Of a stretch of 49,648 nucleotides of DNA, positions 1-8,532 are shown piece by piece; the first letter of the stretch is position 1, and each line of letters starts with the position of its first letter. This stretch comes from an uncultured Candidatus Saccharibacteria bacterium (GTDB taxonomy: Bacteria; Patescibacteriota; Saccharimonadia; Saccharimonadales; JAGQNK01): contig CAZWRS010000005.1 of assembly GCA_964636435.1 (NCBI GenBank), forward strand, positions 1 through 49,648, read 5' to 3'. The notes under the pieces were generated by a model, which was given only the letters and a program-made list of their open reading frames with translations, was not told where the DNA came from and made no database searches. The position numbers and the translations under genes are program-made.

Positions 1-818
1 ACGAAAAGCTCCAGGGGAATCCTCGTCGTATCAAGAGGTTCCTGAACGACCTTTACGTCCGGCAGGCCATAGCAGCGCGGCGTGGGATTTCCCTAGACGC
101 CGAAGTGATCGCTAAGCTTATGACCCTTGAGGTACTGCTCAATAAGGAATTCAAGGCTGTGCTTGAATGGCTGGCAAGAGGAGAGCTTAGGCCTAGCATG
201 GAGGCACTCGAAGCCCAAGCCCGGCAGGCTAAAAGCAGCTCCGCGGCAGGAAAAAAGAGCGCAGAGGAGGATACTAGCGAAGATGAAGACGGGCCAAACT
301 TTTCTGAACAATTGCTACGGTGGGCGAAGCTACCCCCATCCCTCGGCTCGATTGACCTTGCCCCGTATCTACACCTCGCCGCTTCTTTTTCGGGCAAGAC
401 CCTTCTTGACCAGGATCTGCCTGAGCGCTTACGCGACTTAGCCTCTAACCTTCTCTCTGATATTAAGGCGGAACAGCATTCAGTACGGGACGAAGACCTG
501 CTCGCGTTAACCAGTAGCGATGCGGCCGCGCTCGTTAACCATTTGGGACGCATGGGTAGGGATAGACCAAGTGACCAGCGAAGGGCGGTGTCAGGAATTC
601 TTAGAATTTCCCGTCTTCACACATCCGTCGTTGAAGATGTAAAAACTGCACTACACTCTATACCGCCTGATGAGGTGGCGTTGCCGTCCATACTGCTATT
701 CAACTTGCCACATGACAGCGACCTGCGTCCGGTGCTGGAAAGTTGGGCAGCAAACACATCGAAAACGCCTACCAAAAACGCTATCACTAACTTGCTCAAT
801 AATGGAGGGACCGCGTAA
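1..818 (+). CDS. qatA: QatA-like KAP-family P-loop NTPase, C-terminal part (5' end outside window)
   Basis: Frame 3 is open from base 3: EKLQGNPRRIKRFLNDLYVRQ..., containing the KAP-family NPRxIKRFLN motif. Its stop overlaps the next ATG (TAATG at 816-820). It lies upstream of qatB/C/D-like genes. Confidence 0.8.
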   Translation, partial: EKLQGNPRRIKRFLNDLYVRQAIAARRGISLDAEVIAKLMTLEVLLNKEFKAVLEWLARGELRPSMEALEAQARQAKSSSAAGKKSAEEDTSEDEDGPNFSEQLLRWAKLPPSLGSIDLAPYLHLAASFSGKTLLDQDLPERLRDLASNLLSDIKAEQHSVRDEDLLALTSSDAAALVNHLGRMGRDRPSDQRRAVSGILRISRLHTSVVEDVKTALHSIPPDEVALPSILLFNLPHDSDLRPVLESWAANTSKTPTKNAITNLLNNGGTA

Positions 819-1648
819 TGGGAACGAGCGCTTCATACTCAGGTAGTGGCTCCAAGCCAGCAAAAGACTTAAGACAAGAGATAGCTGAATGGCTTGATTC
901 ACAGTCGCAGCAGGAGACACCCCAACAACCTGATGACGACAAACAACCTGATGCTCCATCGCCCGTGACGATCCCGTCAGAAGTACTGATGCCTTCGATT
1001 TCCTTGCTGCGTCCAAGTTCAGGCGGCCGTGGAAAATCAGGCGGCGGTACTGGTGGCGGTGCGTCATCTGGCAGTGACGAAATTGGAGGCCGATCACGCA
1101 GTGGTGGCGGAGCGCAACGCTCAGTTCGGAAATCAGCAGCGATTGCTGGGCGTGCCGCTGCGGCAGCATACGCTTTTAAACAAGGTGACCGTGAAGCCCT
1201 TGAAAAACTGGGGCTTTCTTTTGATGAATTACAGAAAATTGATAACCCTCTCGATCTGATAAACAAGATTGTGGATGCCGCTTGCGATGCGCAAGATGAC
1301 AGTACGGTAAGTGGTTATGAGCAACGAACGGTGGCGGCCGAGGTAGCCGATTGGGTTATCACACAAAGTGAAAATGGCGGCGAGCCCAGTGCGCAGGATA
1401 TTGTACGCAAATCTATTGCCTGTATTGTAACTGAAGTCATAGCTAGCGAAACAGGTGAGATGTTGAGGCAAGGAGAATGGTCGCAAGATGTAACAGCCAA
1501 GTTTGACCAAGAGCTTCGCGAGAGTGCCGAGGTGCTAGCCGACCAGGCAAAATTGTCAGTTAACGGCGTAACGGACAAAGAGTTTTCTAAGGCTATCGAA
1601 AATGGTATCGAAACACTCCGCAAAATCATAAAGGGCGGTAAGAAATGA
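818..1648 (+). CDS. qatB: QatB-like protein
   Basis: MGTSASYSG N-terminus, Gly/Ser-rich stretch, then a helical acidic C-terminus. Sits between the KAP NTPase and the QueC-like gene with coupled overlaps. Confidence 0.72.
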   Translation: MGTSASYSGSGSKPAKDLRQEIAEWLDSQSQQETPQQPDDDKQPDAPSPVTIPSEVLMPSISLLRPSSGGRGKSGGGTGGGASSGSDEIGGRSRSGGGAQRSVRKSAAIAGRAAAAAYAFKQGDREALEKLGLSFDELQKIDNPLDLINKIVDAACDAQDDSTVSGYEQRTVAAEVADWVITQSENGGEPSAQDIVRKSIACIVTEVIASETGEMLRQGEWSQDVTAKFDQELRESAEVLADQAKLSVNGVTDKEFSKAIENGIETLRKIIKGGKK

Positions 1649-2931
1649 CTGCGTATCGCTTAAAATTAGAGATTCCTGAAAAAATCCCTGCCGCTGAAGC
1701 AAAAACAACCTTTTACTGGACGCCAAAAGGATCATTCGACTCGACCTACGATGCGAACTTAAGCCAGCTTGGTCGCGTGCCGCACCCTAACATCGAATTC
1801 GTAAGAGTGGCTGCCACCGTATTCGCTGCTGACAGGAGCACACCCCGCCAACAAGGGGGATCAAACTGGCGGCAGCGAGATATAAGCATAGAGGTACCTG
1901 TTTTTGAACCGAAACGCTGGGTTACAGTCAGTGGCGACCTGGCTGAATTGCTTGGATTTCTGTCTGGCGACAAATGGCAGCTGAACTTTGTAAAATCACC
2001 CGAGCCAGCAGAACAGGAAAGCCTAGTTTCCGTTGATAACGGTGCTAAACGTGTCGTTCTCTTAAGCGGAGGTGCTGATTCGGCGGCAGGAGCGATTGTG
2101 TCGAGAGCTGAGTTGGGTCAAGACAAGCATATTCTAGTATCACACGTCGGCTCAAAGAACATTGCCCCGGCCCAAAGGAATGTCGCTCAGGCTATTAAGG
2201 ACGCTCTGGATGGGCCCGAACAGGAACACATACAAATAAGCTTCCGGCGGCATACAGCCCAACCTGACGGTACGGCTTTCTACGATGAGCCGTCCACACG
2301 AACGCGCTCTTTACTGTTCCTTGCTTTAGGGCTAGCAGTGGCATCCCGCGATGAACTTCCGTTATGGATACCTGAGAATGGCTTCGCCTCGCTCAATTTT
2401 CCTCTCGGCCCAGAACGCCGCGGTAGCCTGTCGACACGCACCACCCACCCTACCTACCTCCGCGATCTTAGCAATATATTGCAGCGTGTCGGTGCGCATG
2501 CTGATATTACTAATCCGTTTGAAGACCTGACAAAAGGAGAAATGTTTGCCAAAGTAGCCAAGCTCATCGGCAAAGAAAAGGCAGCCGACATACTTGGCAT
2601 GACACACTCTTGTGCGAACACCGGACAGCGTAATTTTAAGATACCGGTCAAAACTCAATGCGGTGTTTGCTTCAGTTGCGTGGTACGGCGCGCATCCTTC
2701 GGGGCTGCGGGGCTGAAAGACCCGACAGTGTATATCGACCCGAAACAAGACGCGCGTCTTCCGGCTTGGCTTGCCGGAAAATCTATAGAACGAGCCGTTA
2801 AAGACCTGCTCGGCCGGGGCGTGCCAAAACATGAGGTGGCCGCCATGCATCTGCCCGACGATTACCCAGCATCCAAGGCGTTAAATCTGATAGAAAGTGG
2901 CTTCAAAGAACTCCAAGAGTATTACGCATGA
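1645..2931 (+). CDS. qatC: QatC, QueC-like PP-loop protein
   Basis: SGGADS PP-loop, RTRSLLF, PENGF, RTTHP, NPF..TKGEM, THSC and CGVCFSCVVRR Zn motif; ATGA overlap with the upstream gene. Confidence 0.87.
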   Translation: MTAYRLKLEIPEKIPAAEAKTTFYWTPKGSFDSTYDANLSQLGRVPHPNIEFVRVAATVFAADRSTPRQQGGSNWRQRDISIEVPVFEPKRWVTVSGDLAELLGFLSGDKWQLNFVKSPEPAEQESLVSVDNGAKRVVLLSGGADSAAGAIVSRAELGQDKHILVSHVGSKNIAPAQRNVAQAIKDALDGPEQEHIQISFRRHTAQPDGTAFYDEPSTRTRSLLFLALGLAVASRDELPLWIPENGFASLNFPLGPERRGSLSTRTTHPTYLRDLSNILQRVGAHADITNPFEDLTKGEMFAKVAKLIGKEKAADILGMTHSCANTGQRNFKIPVKTQCGVCFSCVVRRASFGAAGLKDPTVYIDPKQDARLPAWLAGKSIERAVKDLLGRGVPKHEVAAMHLPDDYPASKALNLIESGFKELQEYYA

Positions 2932-3695
2932 GATTTTTACAGCAACTCGACGTCCATGCACACATAAACCCTTCCATACCAAGCGATGAGCTACGGCAGC
3001 TTGACGCAACTATCTTCGGCATGACACGCAGCTTAGATGAGGCCGAAGAAGTCCTGCGCAGGAACGACAGTAATGTTCTATGGGGTGTTGGCTGTCACCC
3101 GGGACTGGCAAAGGTGCAGAAAGGTTTTGACGCACAAAAGTTCTCTAGAACGATTGACAAAACAGCACTCGTAGGCGAAATCGGACTTGATGGCAAATCG
3201 CGCGTGGCACTAGATTTGCAGCTGAAGAATCTTGTATCCATCCTAAGCACCTTGCAACAAAAACCACGCATAGTCTCTATGCACAGCAGTTCGGCCACCG
3301 AAAAGCTGATACAAGCTTTGAAGGAAAACCCTAGCAAGGGCATTATTTTACACTGGTGGCTTGGCGACAGAAATCTTACGCAGCGTGCCTTATCGCTCGG
3401 TTGCTACTTTTCGCTCAACAACTCCTCACTAAGATATACGGAACTGATAAAGGATATTCCTATAAACCGCATCTTAACCGAAACGGACCATCCGTTTGGT
3501 GATCGCTGGGCTCCAGCTCCTCAGCGTCCTGGTAGCGTCAGTGATGTTGAAGCCGGGCTGGCTCGTTTGCACGGACTAGAGATTGGCGAAGTCAGGCGCC
3601 AAGTCTGGACAAATTTTGGATCTCTCGTTAAAGAGACAAACACCTATCAACTCTTGCCACAGAGCATACGTGCGGCTCTTGCTGCCGCAATCTAG
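2928..3695 (+). CDS. qatD: QatD, TatD-family metal-dependent nuclease
   Basis: DVHAH, GCHP, VGEIGLD, MHS, ILHW and ETDHPF TatD motifs; ATGA overlap with qatC. Confidence 0.87.
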   Translation: MRFLQQLDVHAHINPSIPSDELRQLDATIFGMTRSLDEAEEVLRRNDSNVLWGVGCHPGLAKVQKGFDAQKFSRTIDKTALVGEIGLDGKSRVALDLQLKNLVSILSTLQQKPRIVSMHSSSATEKLIQALKENPSKGIILHWWLGDRNLTQRALSLGCYFSLNNSSLRYTELIKDIPINRILTETDHPFGDRWAPAPQRPGSVSDVEAGLARLHGLEIGEVRRQVWTNFGSLVKETNTYQLLPQSIRAALAAAI

Positions 3696-3715
3696 CCGAG
3701 AACGGTGTACGCTTA

Positions 3716-4942
3716 ATGTATGTACACCCATCTCAAAGATCGCCAGTATTACGAAGACACTACGATCGTCACACCGTAGAAATCTGTCGCAAGAACGAAC
3801 AGATGCTGCTGGATGTCTTTTTGGCTGGCGTTGAGAAAACCTTACCAGAACTGGCTGAAAGCCCGGTAACAAAAGAAGGCCGTGATCCTATTGAGGAACT
3901 TGCCCGCGTACACCACACCTTCCACTATTTCTATATCGACTACAATGCCGGTGAACGTTGGGAAGATCGCGAGAAGACGATTGCCGAATGGATAGCAAAG
4001 GACGAGAGCAAAGACCAGCAGTTACAGAACGCCCGGCTTACCACAGAACCGGTATGCCAACATTGCGGTAAAACCGGCCTCAGAATCATTTCCAAGGATC
4101 TAATGCATCGGGGTGACGGCTACAAGTGGGATGACCCTGAAGAAGTGCTTATTATGCTGAGCTGTACCCATTGTGATAAGAACAGCGCATATTGGGAAGA
4201 CGGCAGCCCTTGGGAGCGCATCCATACCTATTGCACCAAATGCAAAGCTATCATGAAAGAAAAGACCACAACCAAAGGCAAGGTCTTAACGACTGTATAT
4301 AGCTGCCTGGCATGCGGCCACAGCTACAGTGACACCCTCGATTTGCGCCGCAAGCCAAAGCCGAAAGAGAAGCCCGACCCTGATTATGAGAAAGACAAGC
4401 TGCGCTTCTGCTACAACGAAGAGCAAGGCAAGGAGTTTCTAAAACAGAAGCAAAACGTGCTTGAAATGCAGCGTATCGTAAAGGGCTGGCAGGAGAAACG
4501 GGATAACCAGGAAACTTACGATGCCATTGCTGCTATAGACAAGGTCACCATACCCCAACTCTCCGAGCGCATCCGTCCAGCCGTAGAAAAGGCTGGATAT
4601 ACCGAATTTAGCCTCGATAAACCAGAGATGGGCAAAGATGTGTTTGTTGGCTTCAACTGTTTAGATAGTAAAAATGGCCGTGGGGATTATGATAGTCGAA
4701 ACATTCTTAAGAAAACCATTGAGAAAGCTCTCGCGGATACTAACTGGCGACTGATGAGTGATGGAATTCACTATCGGCTCGGTTACCTGAGTGGACGGCT
4801 TCGTGCCTATGAACGAGAGGAAGATCTCAAAGGCTTGGTGCAGCGCAGCATGAAGTCAAAGAAGAAGCGAAAGCCAGATACGTCAGTAGCTGATCCAGCA
4901 AAATCATTTAAGACACCTGATGGAAGGGAAATAATATTCTAG
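3716..4942 (+). CDS. Hypothetical protein with four CxxC zinc-ribbon motifs
   Basis: 408-aa ORF containing CQHC, CTHC, CTKC and CLAC; highly charged. Confidence 0.75.
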   Translation: MYVHPSQRSPVLRRHYDRHTVEICRKNEQMLLDVFLAGVEKTLPELAESPVTKEGRDPIEELARVHHTFHYFYIDYNAGERWEDREKTIAEWIAKDESKDQQLQNARLTTEPVCQHCGKTGLRIISKDLMHRGDGYKWDDPEEVLIMLSCTHCDKNSAYWEDGSPWERIHTYCTKCKAIMKEKTTTKGKVLTTVYSCLACGHSYSDTLDLRRKPKPKEKPDPDYEKDKLRFCYNEEQGKEFLKQKQNVLEMQRIVKGWQEKRDNQETYDAIAAIDKVTIPQLSERIRPAVEKAGYTEFSLDKPEMGKDVFVGFNCLDSKNGRGDYDSRNILKKTIEKALADTNWRLMSDGIHYRLGYLSGRLRAYEREEDLKGLVQRSMKSKKKRKPDTSVADPAKSFKTPDGREIIF

Positions 4943-4944
4943 TA

Positions 4945-5736
4945 CTAAAGTTTTGAGGCAACAATCTTCTTTGAAGCATCAAATATGACAGGAATAATCT
5001 TTTTTCGAGATTTGTAGCCTTGAAAGAAGCCACTGACTTTGACAACATCTTCGCTTGAGTGGCATATAACTAGGTAAAAAGCATTATTATATCCAGCCGC
5101 ATCCATATAGTGCGGTAGTTGCTTATCGATACCTCTTTCCACTAGGGCTAAGTTGCCGCCCAGTTTTACCTCGATCAGTACTTTTTCTCTATGGTTCTTA
5201 AAAAACTTAAAATCAATCTTCCCAGTCCCGAGGTCAGCCTCTCTTGAAATATCCATGCCCTTGTCTTTAAGGTATGTTGCAAAAAGTGAGTCTAGTAATA
5301 TTTGAGTTTCAGTTTCCGTTATCGGTTTATCTTTATGCCAGAAGGATTTATGTAGTCCACGGTGTGATATTCGATGTGATATAAATTCTAGCATGTTCGA
5401 TATATCATCTAACAAGCTAATCTGAGCCTTTTGCTTTTCGTATTGCACACGAATGTCCTTTGGTAGCAATTCTTTATAGTAATCAAAATCAATTCCCATC
5501 ATATACTCAAGTGATGTGTCGCCAATACTACGGTAGTTACTTAGATCGGGTAGTAGTAAAAAATCACTGTCCTCGAAACAAAGCTCTTGGATGGTGCCTA
5601 TGTCGTGTAAAAAATCTGCAAGATCATCAACTTTTTTCATTGCACCATCAAACATATCTTTTATCCGTAACTTTCCCCATAATTCCTTAACTGCTAACCT
5701 ATCATCCTCGTTGTAATATATAGAATCGATTTGCAC
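4945..5736 (-). CDS. Putative PD-(D/E)xK (restriction-endonuclease-like) nuclease domain protein
   Basis: C-terminal READLGTGKIDFKF...LIEVKLG...QLPHYM pattern; visibly AT-rich DNA; GTG start directly behind two in-frame stops. Confidence 0.6.
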   Translation of the reverse strand: MQIDSIYYNEDDRLAVKELWGKLRIKDMFDGAMKKVDDLADFLHDIGTIQELCFEDSDFLLLPDLSNYRSIGDTSLEYMMGIDFDYYKELLPKDIRVQYEKQKAQISLLDDISNMLEFISHRISHRGLHKSFWHKDKPITETETQILLDSLFATYLKDKGMDISREADLGTGKIDFKFFKNHREKVLIEVKLGGNLALVERGIDKQLPHYMDAAGYNNAFYLVICHSSEDVVKVSGFFQGYKSRKKIIPVIFDASKKIVASKL

Positions 5737-5891
5737 TTATCATTTTGCTCTCTAACCAGATGTTTTGGAAAGATACCCGGGAGCATTGAGTCTAATATAT
5801 CGCCGCTATCATCATAAAAAATTTCTGCTTCCAGAAAAATACGGATCTTTCTATTGAAATACTCTACGAATTCGGTGTCGAATACTATCAT
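5694..5891 (-). pseudogene. Possible separated N-terminal portion of the 4945-5736 nuclease gene
   Basis: Protein-like ORF MIVFDTEFVEYFNRKIRIFLEAEIF... overlaps the nuclease ORF by 43 nt in a frame one base away. Confidence 0.35.
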
Positions 5892-5958
5892 AAGCTGTTC
5901 AAAAGTTGTATTTATTATAACACTAAATACAACAAGAGGCAAACACCCTTCTGCATTC

Positions 5959-5995
5959 ATGAGACACTTGACGTTCGTGTCTCATTTGTCTCATT
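5959..5995. repeat. Inverted repeat plus tandem repeat of a TGTCTCAT motif
   Basis: ATGAGACAC (5959-5967), 9-nt spacer, GTGTCTCAT (5977-5985); TGTCTCATT occurs twice in tandem (5978-5986, 5987-5995). Confidence 0.65.
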
Positions 5996-6009
5996 GTAAA
6001 GTGTTAGTC

Positions 6010-6291
6010 TTAATCTTTTGCCCAGGCCGGCTTTGTGTTCGTGTAACCAAAATAGTAGAGCTTAGAATCATCCCCGGCATCATAAATCCCGCAGAATAGG
6101 TCGCTCAGAAATACCCTGTATGTAATATCATCTTTGATCTTCTTGTAGTATTTATCAAAATTTATCTTGTAGCTGGATACCTGATGATGGTGCTTGCCGA
6201 AGCACTCATAAGAATTAGCAAATAGTTCCCGTAATTGCCTACCGGTTAGGTATTTTTCCTCGTAGCCAGCATAAACAGCTCTTTTCTCCAT
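6010..6291 (-). CDS. Small hypothetical protein (about 93 aa)
   Basis: Tyr/Lys-rich ORF. The ATG at 6291 lies 6 nt after TATAAT (6303-6298), so it is preferred over the 6351 start. Confidence 0.6.
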   Translation of the reverse strand: MEKRAVYAGYEEKYLTGRQLRELFANSYECFGKHHHQVSSYKINFDKYYKKIKDDITYRVFLSDLFCGIYDAGDDSKLYYFGYTNTKPAWAKD

Positions 6292-6309
6292 ATATACATT
6301 ATAGCCAAG

Positions 6310-6406
6310 TGGGTCTGGTACCAGACCCGTATGCTCAATAATTCGAGTCACGTTTGGTGTCGCATGAGTCCGGACACATGGGTCTGGTCCTAGACCTATA
6401 TGCTCA
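6310..6406. repeat. Two 28-bp imperfect direct repeats with an internal palindrome
   Basis: TGGGTCTGGTACCAGACCCGTATGCTCA (6310-6337) and TGGGTCTGGTCCTAGACCTATATGCTCA (6379-6406) match at 24/28 positions. 6311-6328 is a perfect 18-bp palindrome. Confidence 0.8.
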
Positions 6407-6418
6407 CCGTTAATAGGA

Positions 6419-6453
6419 AACCAGACGCTGACAGTTCTTGCCAGCGTCTGGTT
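6419..6453 (-). terminator. Hairpin, likely terminator of the GH16 gene
   Basis: 12-bp stem AACCAGACGCTG / CAGCGTCTGGTT just downstream of the GH16 stop. Confidence 0.55.
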
Positions 6454-6478
6454 CGAGAGAGTCAGACGTACTGTAAGT

Positions 6479-8455
6479 CTACTTAAGTGTACAGAAGATC
6501 AACCAACACTGCGCAGTGGCGCTCGTCGTAGCAGCTCCGGAAGTATTTCCAGCTGCGTCACGTGCACGAACTGTCACATCGTATTTAACGCCCTGTTGCA
6601 TCTTAGTAAAGCCAAAAGTAGTTGACGTCGTCGTAAACTGCTCATTACCCTTTGCAGACTTAATGTCAACGACATAGTCTTTCACGCCAACATTATCTGT
6701 TGAAGGTCGCCAATTAAGTCGAAGTACGTACTGCATCCATTCAACGTTCAGTGAGCGAGTCAAGTTCGTCGGTACGCTCGGTGCTTGCCTGTCTGCTGAG
6801 GTTGATCCGCCATCATTCGACGAGCCACCAGAGTTGCCGCCTCGCCCTCCTCTGCCACCACGGTCGCCTCTACCAGAGCCGTCACTTGAGCCCGCATTCA
6901 CGACCGTAAACGCCTTTTTCTCGCTCGTTGTGGTATTACCCTTGTTGTCAGTTGCCCTGACATAGACAGCATAGTTACCGGCTCGCAGCTCACGCATCCT
7001 CACAGAGTACGGCGCCGTGGTACTCGTTCCGAGCCATCTGTCATCCTGGTCATAGAAGGAGACCCTGTCTATTCCATCGCTATCCTTAGCCGTAACACTT
7101 ACCGTGACCGTAGCAGGCGCGGTGTAGGTCTGGTTCAGGCTGCCGAAAGTTACTGTTGGTGAGCCATTTGGCTGTGAAGGCTCGCTCAGTGGAGGAGCTG
7201 GCGTACCGGGCTGTGTCACCCTGAAGGTTTGCTCATTGCTAGTGCTGTGCGCGCCCTTACGATCAATGGCACGCGCAGTTACCGTGTAAGTACCGGCTGG
7301 AATATTACTCCAGGTGTAGTTATATGGTGAGCGCGTTGCTTCCCCGAGCTTCGTACTACCGCGATAAAACTCAACCTTCTCTATTCCATCGCTATCACTG
7401 GCAGTTGCAGTTAGCGTTACACTGGCTGGCGCAACGTAGCTACTCTCAAGCCTACCGAGACTTACGACAGGAGGCGTGTTTGTTGAGCCACCACCAGTGC
7501 TGCCGCCTCCGCCACCGCCGGTATTACCACCACCGCCGCCTGTGTTACCATCACCCGAACCACTACCAAGCGCCCATACACGAACATAATCTACCTGTAC
7601 AGTTTGCGGAGCATTAGATTGCCCACCCCACTCACCAGTCGTGTTATTGACAATTATATAGTGCGGTGAAGTCACGACACCATTCGTGTGAGTACCAACT
7701 GCTTTGCCATTATAGTAGTAGGTTAGCCTATTACGCTCGCGCTTAACACCAAAGGTGTGCCAACCACTATTTGTGGTCATTGGACAAGTAGAGCTGGTAG
7801 AACCGCCACTCCAATGATAGTTCCAGCAAGCTTCGCCGCCAAGAATTTCCATGATGTCAATCTCCCCATCACGTGGCCAGCTTTGACCATTGGTCCAGAA
7901 TGCTGGCCAGTTGTAGCCACGACTACCTGTGCCTGGTATATACATGCGGGCTTCATAGTACCCTTCAGTAAAATTCTGAGCTCTAGTGTGTATTAGCGCG
8001 GATCGGTAGCTAGCCGTACGACCGCTTCGATCCTTACAGTTCGAATCTGTATTACGCTCTACCCTAAGGCTGAGTAGTCCTCCGGAGACTGAGATGTTTC
8101 TTGGGTCATAGCAGGAAGTTTCTGCTGAATTAACTGGTTGCGTTACCGAAGAGTCATTGGCACCAAACCAGTTCGGCTTCCAGACACTCGTATTGAGGCT
8201 GTTGCCATCAAAGTTATCCTCGAAAATCAAGCCACCGACACCAGTTACTTCACCCACAGGAGGAGCGGGCGCTGCCATAGAAAACTTATATGATACGAAT
8301 GCGCCAACAAAAATAAATACCGTTGCAAAAACCGCCCATCGATTTCTGAGGATAGACCTTAATCTGTCCAAACCGGATGAAGAGGCCCTGGAGCTTCTTT
8401 TTTTACTGTTTGTTCTTGAACTTCGCTTATTTTGTGTTCTTCTTTGTGCGGGCAT
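6479..8455 (-). CDS. Secreted GH16 glycoside hydrolase with Gly-rich linkers, two Ig-like (Big) domains and a C-terminal FN3 domain
   Basis: WPAFW and GEIDIME catalytic motifs; two repeats of the P.V...TA.DSDGI..V.FY...Y....RA.D..G pattern; APSVPTNL...W...DNVGV..Y..TVRARDAAGN FN3 pattern; N-terminal basic region plus hydrophobic segment. Confidence 0.88.
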   Translation of the reverse strand: MPAQRRTQNKRSSRTNSKKRSSRASSSGLDRLRSILRNRWAVFATVFIFVGAFVSYKFSMAAPAPPVGEVTGVGGLIFEDNFDGNSLNTSVWKPNWFGANDSSVTQPVNSAETSCYDPRNISVSGGLLSLRVERNTDSNCKDRSGRTASYRSALIHTRAQNFTEGYYEARMYIPGTGSRGYNWPAFWTNGQSWPRDGEIDIMEILGGEACWNYHWSGGSTSSTCPMTTNSGWHTFGVKRERNRLTYYYNGKAVGTHTNGVVTSPHYIIVNNTTGEWGGQSNAPQTVQVDYVRVWALGSGSGDGNTGGGGGNTGGGGGGSTGGGSTNTPPVVSLGRLESSYVAPASVTLTATASDSDGIEKVEFYRGSTKLGEATRSPYNYTWSNIPAGTYTVTARAIDRKGAHSTSNEQTFRVTQPGTPAPPLSEPSQPNGSPTVTFGSLNQTYTAPATVTVSVTAKDSDGIDRVSFYDQDDRWLGTSTTAPYSVRMRELRAGNYAVYVRATDNKGNTTTSEKKAFTVVNAGSSDGSGRGDRGGRGGRGGNSGGSSNDGGSTSADRQAPSVPTNLTRSLNVEWMQYVLRLNWRPSTDNVGVKDYVVDIKSAKGNEQFTTTSTTFGFTKMQQGVKYDVTVRARDAAGNTSGAATTSATAQCWLIFCTLK

Positions 8456-8532
8456 GTTACTACCTTTTTATTAGTATTATGTACATCATTACAAAAGCAT
8501 GAGCATTTTTCAAGCTTTAGGGTGCTAAGTTA

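Noticed and set aside
53-1629. Minus-strand ORFs over qatA/qatB, and similar antisense ORFs across cyo, leuS and murF
   Set aside because: They overlap motif-supported genes on the opposite strand and have low-complexity Ser/Arg/Ala composition typical of shadow ORFs.
1645-2931. Housekeeping queC (queuosine synthesis)
   Set aside because: Much longer than QueC, flanked by KAP NTPase and TatD genes, with no queD/E/F. This matches QatC.
6310-6406. Mini-CRISPR array (28-bp repeat, 41-bp spacer)
   Set aside because: Only two copies with four mismatches, no cas genes, and the first copy overlaps a promoter. An operator or att-like site is more parsimonious.
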